Positions 52,060 through 64,000 of a stretch of DNA of 64,000 nucleotides are shown here, one piece after another. The stretch comes from Eledone cirrhosa. Lineage: Eukaryota. The position numbers and the translations under genes were made by a program. The notes beneath the pieces are model-generated. The model was not told the origin of the DNA. It ran no database searches and saw only the letters and a program-made list of their open reading frames with translations. Every line of letters begins with the position of its first letter. Within the stretch, counting starts at the first letter, position 1. Location: assembly GCA_964016885.1 (NCBI GenBank), contig OZ024742.1, positions 145,762,001-145,826,000 of the forward strand, in the 5' to 3' direction.

Positions 52060-52342
52060 CCTGAGAATTTCATATTGCAACCCTGCAGTTTTAGGCTGTC
52101 ACGCTGTGTGGCACCTTGAGCAAGTATCTACTATAGCCTTGTGTTGTCAAATGTCTATTGAGTCAAAGTTGTGTGCATGTGTTTCTGTACTTGTGTTTAT
52201 GATCTGTAACTTAGTGGTTCCAACTAACAAACAAAAATCAGAACTATAAAAACAAGTACTGGGGTTGACATGATAAATTAAATCTCTTTATAGTAGTGCC
52301 CAGCATGGTCACAATCTAATGAATGAAACTAGCAAAGGAATA
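52060..52342 (+). mobile_element. tRNA-derived SINE (family of 16716-17062)
   Basis: GTGTGGCACCTTGAGCAAGT...AAGTACTGGGGTTGA...GTGCCCAGCATGGTCACA.TCTAATGAATGAAACTAGCAAAGG. Confidence 0.7.
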
Positions 52343-52592
52343 CCACATTTCGACATTTAAATCAGCTAATTAGTGAGACATCCACCAATTCTCTATCAAC
52401 TATCCAAGATAGCAATATATTTCTGTCTGAATCTAAAACACTGACCATTTTTCTAGGTCTTAACAGCAAACAGAGACCCTTCGCCTAGATATATATCTAA
52501 CCACATCCATGGAAGTAATATATTTCAGTCTTGATCTAAACAGGTAACATTTTCCTAGGTATGCCTCTAATCATAATATATATCGCCTTGTA

Positions 52593-55500
52593 AATAGCAC
52601 CAACAACATCAGTGCAAATAGCACCGACAGACATCAGTGAATATAACGCCCGACACAGTGAATATAGCGCCGATGCACATCAGTGAATATAGTGCCAACA
52701 TATATCAGTGAATATAGTGCCAACATATATCAGTGAATATAGTGCCAACACACACCAATGTATATAGTGCCAACATACACCAATGTATATAGTGCCAACA
52801 CACACCAATGTATATAGTGCCAACACACACCAATGTATATAGTGCCAACACACACCAAGGTATATAGTGCCAACACACACCAAGGTATATAGTGCCAACA
52901 TACACCAATGTATATAGTGCCAACACACACCAATGTATATAGTGCCAACACACACCAATGTATATAGTGCCAACACACACCAATGTATATAGTGCCATCA
53001 CACACCAATGTATATAGTGCCAACATACACCAATGTATATAGTGCCAACACACACCAATGTATATAGTGCCAACACACACCAATGTATATAGTGCCAACA
53101 CACACCAATGTATATAGTGCCAACACACACCAATGTATATAGTGCCAACACACACCAATGTATATAGTGCCAACACACACCAATGTATATAGTGCCAACA
53201 CACACCAATGTATATAGTGCCAACACACACCAATGTATATAGTGCCATCACACACCAATGTATATAGTGCCAACATACACCAATGTATATAGTGCCAACA
53301 TACACCAATGTATATAGTGCCAACACACACCAATGTATATAGTGCCAACATACACCAATGTATATAGTGCCAACATACACCAATGTATATAGTGCCAACA
53401 TACACCAATGTATATAGTGCCAACATACACCAATGTATATAGTGCCAACACACACCAATGTATATAGTGCCATCACACACCAATGTATATAGTGCCAACA
53501 CACACCAATGTATATAGTGCCAACACACACCAAGGTATATAGTGCCAACACACACCAAGGTATATAGTGCCAACACACACCAATGTATATAGTGCCAACA
53601 TACACCAATGTATATAGTGCCAACACACACCAATGTATATAGTGCCAACACACACCAATGTATATAGTGCCAACACACACCAATGTATATAGTGCCAACA
53701 CACACCAAGGTATATAGTGCCAACACACACCAATGTATATAGTGCCAACACACACCAATGTATATAGTGCCAACACACACCAATGTATATAGTGCCAACA
53801 CACACCAATGTATATAGTGCCAACACACACCAATGTATATAGTGCCAACACACACCAATGTATATAGTGCCAACATACACCAATGTATATAGTGCCAACA
53901 CACACCAATGTATATAGTGCCATCACACACCAATGTATATAGTGCCAACACACACCAATATATATAGTGCCAACACACACCAATGTATATAGTGCCAACA
54001 CACACCAATGTACATAGTGCCAACACACACCAATGTATATAGTGCCAACACACACCAATGTATATAGTGCCAACACACACCAATGTATATAGTGCCAACA
54101 CACACCAATGTACATAGTGCCAACACACACCAATGTATATAGTGCCAACACACACCAATGTATATAGTGCCAACACACACCAATGTACATAGTGCCAACA
54201 CACACCAATGTATATAGTGCCAACACACACCAATGTATATAGTGCCAACACACACCAATGTATATAGTGCCAACACACACCAATGTATATAGTGCCAACA
54301 CACACCAAGGTATATAGTGCCAACACACACCAATGTATATAGTGCCAACATACACCAATGTATATAGTGCCAACACACACCAATGTATATAGTGCCAGCA
54401 TACACCAATGTATATAGTGCCAACACACACCAATGTATATAGTGCCAACACACACCAAGGTATATAGTGCCAACACACACCAATGTATATAGTGCCAACA
54501 TACACCAATGTATATAGTGCCAACACACACCAATGTATATAGTGCCAGCATACACCAATGTATATAGTGCCAACACACACCAATGTATATAGTGTCAACA
54601 CACACCAATGTATATAGTGCCAACACACACCAAGGTATATAGTGCCAACACACACCAATGTATATAGTGCCAACATACACCAATGTATATAGTGCCAACA
54701 CACACCAATGTATATAGTGCCAGCATACACCAATGTATATAGTGCCAACACACACCAATGTATATAGTGCCAACATACACCAATGTATATAGTGCCAACA
54801 CACACCAATGTATATAGTGCCAACATACACCAATGTATATAGTGCCAACACACACCAATGTATATAGTGCCAACACACACCAATGTATATAGTGCCAACA
54901 CACACCAATATATATAGTGCCAACACACACCAATGTATATAGTGCCAACACACACCAATGTATATAGTGCCAACACACACCAATGTATATAGTGCCAACA
55001 TACACCAATGTATATAGTGCCAACACACACCAATGTATATAGTGCCAACATACACCAATGTATATAGTGCCAACACACACCAATGTATATAGTGCCAACA
55101 CACACCAAGGTATATAGTGCCAACATACACCAATGTATATAGTGCCAACACACACCAATGTATATAGTGCCAACATACACCAATGTATATAGTGCCAACA
55201 CACACCAATGTATATAGTGCCAACACACACCAATGTATATAGTGCCAATATACACCAATGTATATAGTGCCAACACACACCAAGGTATATAGTACCAACA
55301 CACACCAATGTATACAGTGCCAACACACACCAATGTATATAGTGCCATCACACACCAATGTATATAGTGCCAACACACACCAATGTATATAGTGCCAACA
55401 TACACCAATGTATATAGTGCCAACACACACCAATGTATATAGTGCCAACATACACCAATGTATATAGTGCCAACACACACCAATGTATATAGTGCCATCA

Positions 55501-58500
55501 CACACCAATGTATATAGTGCCAACACACACCAATGTATATAGTGCCAACATACACCAATGTATATAGTGCCAACACACACCAATGTATATAGTGCCAACA
55601 CACACCAATGTATATAGTGCCAACACACACCAATGTATATAGTGCCAACACACACCAATGTATATAGCACCAACACACACCAATGTATATAGTGCCAACA
55701 CACACCAATGTATATAGTGCCAACACACACCAATGTATATAGTGCCAACATACACCAATGTATATAGTGCCAACACACACCAATATATATAGTGCCAACA
55801 CACACCAATGTATATAGTGCCAACACACACCAATGTATATAGTGCCAACATACACCAATGTATATAGTGCCAACATACACCAATGTATATAGTGCCAACA
55901 TACACCAATGTATATAGTGCCAACACACACCAATGTATATAGTGCCAACACACACCAATGTATATAGTGCCAACACACACCAATGTATATAGTGCCAACA
56001 CACACCAATGTATATAGTGCCAACACACACCAATGTATATAGTGCCAACACACACCAATGTACATAGCACCAACACACACCAATGTATATAGCACCAACA
56101 CACACCAATGTATATAGTGCCAACATACACCAATGTATATAGTGCCAACACACACCAATGTATATAGTGCCAACACACACCAATGTATATAGTGCCAACA
56201 TACACCAATGTATATAGTGCCAACACACACCAATGTATATAGTGCCAACACACACCAATGTATATAGTGTCAACACACACCAATGTATATAGTGCCAACA
56301 CACACCAATGTATATAGTGCCAACACACACCAATGTATATAGTGCCAACACACACCAATGTATATAGTGCCAACACACACCAATGTATATAGTGCCAACA
56401 TACACCAATGTATATAGTGCCAACACACACCAATGTATATAGTGCCAACACACACCAATGTATATAGTGCCAACACACACCAATGTATATAGTGCCAACA
56501 CACACCAATGTATATAGTGCCAACATACACCAATGTATATAGTGCCAACACACACCAATGTATATAGTGCCAACACACACCAATGTATATAGTGCCAACA
56601 CACACCAATGTATATAGTGCCAACACACACCAATGTATATAGTGCCAACACACACCAATGTATATAGTGCCAACACACACCAATGTATATAGTGCCAACA
56701 CACACCAATGTATATAGTGCCAACACACACCAATGTATATAGTGCCAACACACACCAATGTATATAGTGCCAACACACACCAATGTATATAGTGCCAACA
56801 CACACCAATGTATATAGTGCCAACATACACCAATGTATATAGTGCCAACACACACCAATGTATATAGTGCCAACACACACCAATGTATATAGTGTCAACA
56901 CACACCAATGTATATAGTGCCAACACACACCAATGTATATAGTGCCAACACACACCAATGTATATAGCACCAACACACACCAATGTATATAGTGCCAACA
57001 CACACCAATGTATATAGTGCCAACATACACCAATGTATATAGTGCCAACACACACCAATGTATATAGTGCCATCACACACCAATGTATATAGTGCCAACA
57101 CACACCAATGTATATAGTGCCAACATACACCAATGTATATAGTGCCAACACACACCAATGTATATAGTGCCAACACACACCAATGTATATAGTGCCAACA
57201 CACACCAATGTATATAGTGCCAACACACACCAATGTATATAGCACCAACACACACCAATGTATATAGTGCCAACACACACCAATGTACATAGCACCAACA
57301 CACACCAATGTATATAGCACCAACACACACCAATGTATATAGTGCCAACATACACCAATGTATATAGTGCCAACACACACCAATGTATATAGTGCCAACA
57401 CACACCAATGTATATAGTGCCAACATACACCAATGTATATAGTGCCAACACACACCAATGTATATAGTGCCAACACACACCAATGTATATAGTGTCAACA
57501 CACACCAATGTATATAGTGCCAACACACACCAATGTATATAGTGCCAACACACACCAATGTATATAGTGCCAACACACACCAATGTATATAGTGCCAACA
57601 CACACCAATGTATATAGTGCCAACACACACCAATGTATATAGTGCCATCACACACCAATGTATATAGTGCCAACACACACCAATGTATATAGTGCCAACA
57701 CACACCAATGTATATAGTGCCAACACACACCAATGTATATAGCACCAACACACACCAATGTATATAGTGCCAACACACACCAATGTACATAGCACCAACA
57801 CACACCAATGTATATAGCACCAACACACACCAATGTATATAGTGCCAACATACACCAATGTATATAGTGCCAACACACACCAATGTATATAGTGCCAACA
57901 CACACCAATGTATATAGTACCAACACACACCAATGTATATAGTACCAACACACACCAATGTATATAGTGCCAACACACACCAATGTATATAGTGCCAACA
58001 CACACCAATGTATATAGTGCCAACACACACCAATGTATATAGCACCAACACACACCAATGTATATAGTGCCAACACACACCAATGTATATAGTGCCAACA
58101 CACACCAATGTATATAGTGCCAACACACACCAATGTATATAGTGCCAACACACACCAATGTACATAGTGCCAACACACACCAATGTATATAGTGCCAACA
58201 TACACCAATGTATATAGTGCCAACACACACCAATGTATATAGTGCCAACACACACCAATGTATATAGTGCCAACACACACCAATGTGTATAGTGCCAACA
58301 CACACCAATGTATATAGTGCCAACACACACCAAATTTATATAGTGCCAACACACACCAATATATATAGTGCCAACACACACCAATGTATATAGTGCCAAC
58401 ACACACCAATGTATATAGTGCCAACACACACCAATGTATATAGTGCCAACACACACCAATATATATAGTGCCAACACACACCAATGTATATAGTGCCAAC

Positions 58501-61500
58501 ACACACCAATATATATAGTGCCAACACACACCAATGTATATAGTGCCAACACACACCAATATATATAGTGCCAACATACACCAATGTATATAGTGCCAAC
58601 ACACACCAATGTATATAGTGCCAACATACACCAATATATATAGTGCCAACACACACCAATGTATATAGTGCCAACACACACCAATATATATAGTGCCAAC
58701 ATACACCAATGTATATAGTGCCAACACACACCAATGTATATAGTGCCAACACACACCAATGTATATAGTACCAACACACACCAATGTATATAGTGCCAAC
58801 ACACACCAATGTATATAGTGCCAACACACACCAATATATATAGTGCCAACATACACCAATGTATATAGTGCCAACACACACCAATGTATATAGTGCCAAC
58901 ACACACCAATGTATATAGTGCCAACACACACCAATGTATATAGTGCCAACACACACCAAGGTATATAGTGCCAACATACACCAAGGTATATAGTACCAAC
59001 ACACACCAATGTGTATAGTGCCAACACACACCAATGTATATAGTGCCAACACACACCAATGTATATAGTGCCAACACACACCAATGTATATAGTGCCAAC
59101 ATACACCAATGTGTATAGTGCCAACACACACCAATGTATATAGTGCCAACACACACCAAGGTATATAGTGCCAACACACACCAATGTATATAGTGCCAAC
59201 ACACACCAATGTATATAGTGCCAACACACACCAATGTATATAGTGCCAACACACACCAATGTATATAGTGCCAACACACACCAATGTATATAGTGCCAAC
59301 ACACACCAATGTATATAGTGCCAACACACACCAAGGTATATAGTGCCAACACACACCAATGTATATAGTGCCAACACACACCAATATATATAGTGCCAAC
59401 ACACACCAATATATATAGTGCCAACACACACCAATATATATAGTGCCAACACACACCAATGTATATAGTGCCAACACACACCAATATATATAGTGCCAAC
59501 ACACACCAATGTATATGGTGCCAACATACACCAATGTATATAGTGCCAACACACACCAATGTATATAGTGCCAACACACACCAATATATATAGTGCCAAC
59601 ACACACCAATGTATATAGTGCCAACACACACCAAGGTATATAGTGCCAACATACACCAAGGTATATAGTACCAACACACACCAATGTGTATAGTGCCAAC
59701 ACACACCAAGGTATATAGTGCCAACACACACCAATATATATAGTGCCAACACACACCAATGTATATAGTGCCAACATACACCAATGTATATAGTGCCAAC
59801 ACACACCAATGTATATAGTGCCAACATACACCAAGGTATATAGTACCAACACACACCAATGTATATAGTGCCAACACACACCAATGTATATAGTGCCAAC
59901 ATACACCAATGTATATAGTGCCAACACACACCAATGTATATAGTGCCAACACACACCAATGTATATAGTACCAACACACACCAATGTATATAGTGCCAAC
60001 ACACACCAATATATATAGTGCCAACACACACCAATGTATATAGTGCCAACACACACCAATGTATATAGTGCCAACACACACCAATATATATAGTGCCAAC
60101 ATACACCAATGTATATAGTGCCAACATACACCAATGTATATAGTGCCAACACACACCAATATATATAGTGCCAACACACACCAATGTATATAGTGCCAAC
60201 ACACACCAATGTATATAGTGCCAACACACACCAATGTATATAGTGCCAACACACACCAATATATATAGTGCCAACATACACCAATGTATATAGTGCCAAC
60301 ACACACCAATGTATATAGTGCCAACACACACCAATATATATAGTGCCAACACACACCAATGTATATAGTGCCAACACACACCAATGTATATAGTGCCAAC
60401 ATACACCAATGTATATAGTGCCAACATACACCAATATATATAGTGCCAACACACACCAATGTATATAGTGCCAACACACACCAATATATATAGTGCCAAC
60501 ATACACCAATGTATATAGTGCCAACATACACCAATGTATATAGTGCCAACATACACCAATGTATATAGTGCCAACACACACCAATATATATAGTGCCAAC
60601 ACACACCAATGTATATAGTGCCAACACACACCAATGTATATAGTGCCAACACACACCAATGTATATAGTGCCAACACACACCAATATATATAGTGCCAAC
60701 ATACACCAATGTATATAGTGCCAACACACACCAATGTATATAGTGCCAACACACACCAATATATATAGTGCCAACACACACCAATGTATATAGTGCCAAC
60801 ACACACCAATGTATATAGTGCCAACATACACCAATGTATATAGTGCCAACATACACCAATATATATAGTGCCAACACACACCAATGTATATAGTGCCAAC
60901 ACACACCAATGTATATAGTGCCAACACACACCAATATATATAGTGCCAACATACACCAATGTATATAGTGCCAACATACACCAATGTATATAGTGCCAAC
61001 ACACACCAATGTATATAGTGCCAACACACACCAATGTATATAGTGCCAACACACACCAATGTATATAGTGCCAACACACACCAATGTATATAGTGCCAAC
61101 ATACACCAATGTATATAGTGCCAACACACACCAATGTATATAGTGCCAACACACACCAATGTATATAGTGCCAACACACACCAATGTATATAGTGCCAAC
61201 ACACACCAATGTATATAGTGCCAGCATACACCAATGTATATAGTGCCAACACACACCAATGTATATAGTGCCAACACACACCAAGGTATATAGTGCCAAC
61301 ACACACCAATGTATATAGTGCCAACATACACCAATGTATATAGTGCCAACACACACCAATGTATATAGTGCCAGCATACACCAATGTATATAGTGCCAAC
61401 ACACACCAATGTATATAGTGTCAACACACACCAATGTATATAGTGCCAACACACACCAAGGTATATAGTGCCAACACACACCAATGTATATAGTGCCAAC

Positions 61501-64000
61501 ATACACCAATGTATATAGTGCCAACACACACCAATGTATATAGTGCCAGCATACACCAATGTATATAGTGCCAACACACACCAATGTATATAGTGCCAAC
61601 ATACACCAATGTATATAGTGCCAACACACACCAATGTATATAGTGCCAACATACACCAATGTATATAGTGCCAACACACACCAATGTATATAGTGCCAAC
61701 ACACACCAATGTATATAGTGCCAACACACACCAATATATATAGTGCCAACACACACCAATGTATATAGTGCCAACACACACCAATGTATATAGTGCCAAC
61801 ACACACCAATGTATATAGTGCCAACATACACCAATGTATATAGTGCCAACACACACCAATGTATATAGTGCCAACATACACCAATGTATATAGTGCCAAC
61901 ACACACCAATGTATATAGTGCCAACACACACCAAGGTATATAGTGCCAACATACACCAATGTATATAGTGCCAACACACACCAATGTATATAGTGCCAAC
62001 ATACACCAATGTATATAGTGCCAACACACACCAATGTATATAGTGCCAACACACACCAATGTATATAGTGCCAATATACACCAATGTATATAGTGCCAAC
62101 ACACACCAAGGTATATAGTACCAACACACACCAATGTATACAGTGCCAACACACACCAATGTATATAGTGCCATCACACACCAATGTATATAGTGCCAAC
62201 ACACACCAATGTATATAGTGCCAACATACACCAATGTATATAGTGCCAACACACACCAATGTATATAGTGCCAACATACACCAATGTATATAGTGCCAAC
62301 ACACACCAATGTATATAGTGCCATCACACACCAATGTATATAGTGCCAACACACACCAATGTATATAGTGCCAACATACACCAATGTATATAGTGCCAAC
62401 ACACACCAATGTATATAGTGCCAACACACACCAATGTATATAGTGCCAACACACACCAATGTATATAGTGCCAACACACACCAATGTATATAGCACCAAC
62501 ACACACCAATGTATATAGTGCCAACACACACCAATGTATATAGTGCCAACACACACCAATGTATATAGTGCCAACATACACCAATGTATATAGTGCCAAC
62601 ACACACCAATATATATAGTGCCAACACACACCAATGTATATAGTGCCAACACACACCAATGTATATAGTGCCAACATACACCAATGTATATAGTGCCAAC
62701 ATACACCAATGTATATAGTGCCAACATACACCAATGTATATAGTGCCAACACACACCAATGTATATAGTGCCAACACACACCAATGTATATAGTGCCAAC
62801 ACACACCAATGTATATAGTGCCAACACACACCAATGTATATAGTGCCAACACACACCAATGTATATAGTGCCAACACACACCAATGTACATAGCACCAAC
62901 ACACACCAATGTATATAGCACCAACACACACCAATGTATATAGTGCCAACATACACCAATGTATATAGTGCCAACACACACCAATGTATATAGTGCCAAC
63001 ACACACCAATGTATATAGTGCCAACATACACCAATGTATATAGTGCCAACACACACCAATGTATATAGTGCCAACACACACCAATGTATATAGTGTCAAC
63101 ACACACCAATGTATATAGTGCCAACACACACCAATGTATATAGTGCCAACACACACCAATGTATATAGTGCCAACACACACCAATGTATATAGTGCCAAC
63201 ACACACCAATGTATATAGTGCCAACATACACCAATGTATATAGTGCCAACACACACCAATGTATATAGTGCCAACACACACCAATGTATATAGTGCCAAC
63301 ACACACCAATGTATATAGTGCCAACACACACCAATGTATATAGTGCCAACATACACCAATGTATATAGTGCCAACACACACCAATGTATATAGTGCCAAC
63401 ACACACCAATGTATATAGTGCCAACACACACCAATGTATATAGTGCCAACACACACCAATGTATATAGTGTCAACATACACCAATGTATATAGTGCCAAC
63501 ACACACCAATGTATATAGTGCCAACACACACCAATGTATATAGTGCCAACACACACCAATGTATATAGTGCCAACACACACCAATGTATATAGTGCCAAC
63601 ACACACCAATGTATATAGTGCCAACACACACCAATGTATATAGTGCCAACACACACCAATGTATATAGTGCCAACATACACCAATGTATATAGTGCCAAC
63701 ACACACCAATGTATATAGTGCCAACACACACCAATGTATATAGTGTCAACACACACCAATGTATATAGTGCCAACACACACCAATGTATATAGTGCCAAC
63801 ACACACCAATGTATATAGCACCAACACACACCAATGTATATAGTGCCAACACACACCAATGTATATAGTGCCAACATACACCAATGTATATAGTGCCAAC
63901 ACACACCAATGTATATAGTGCCATCACACACCAATGTATATAGTGCCAACACACACCAATGTATATAGTGCCAACATACACCAATGTATATAGTGCCAAC
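52593..64000. repeat. 25-bp satellite/minisatellite array, ~450 units, running off the window end
   Basis: Consensus CAATGTATATAGTGCCAACACACAC; diverged edge units at 52593-52745; a single 26-bp unit at ~58331. Confidence 0.99.

Noticed and set aside
52680-63999. Giant minus-strand ORFs (up to 1887 aa) as real proteins
   Set aside because: All three frames encode the same 25-aa repeat purely because the 25-bp unit has no stop; variants introduce stops and a 1-bp indel without frame preference.
52593-64000. CRISPR array or telomeric repeat
   Set aside because: Units are directly adjacent with no unique spacers, the context is eukaryotic, and no TTAGGG-type motif is present.

Overview
AT-rich, CpG-poor, repeat-dense eukaryotic (animal) DNA. 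The SINE/RTE families, microsatellite load and poly-Asn coding tract suggest an octopus genome (inference). One protein-coding gene can be built by splicing on the minus strand (coding 42614-42440 joined to 36515-35899). It encodes a ~263-aa single-pass membrane protein with a signal peptide, a Thr-rich ectodomain, and a cytoplasmic tail carrying PPPSY and DLPSYEEAL motifs, i.e. a candidate NEDD4-family/WW-domain adaptor reminiscent of Commissureless/PRRG. The rest is mostly mobile-element debris: a pogo-type DNA transposon with TIRs, many RTE LINE fragments, a CR1/Jockey-like RT fragment, several tRNA-derived SINE families, and piggyBac- and Tc1-like MITEs. There are also several minisatellites and, from ~52.6 kb to the window end, a 25-bp satellite (~450 units) that produces the huge but spurious minus-strand ORFs. 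Most notable observations: the PY-motif gene; a pre-miRNA-like hairpin at 28541-28621; SINE insertions with 18-bp TSDs beginning ATTAT; and the satellite's CpG-decay fossil edge and nested internal duplications.
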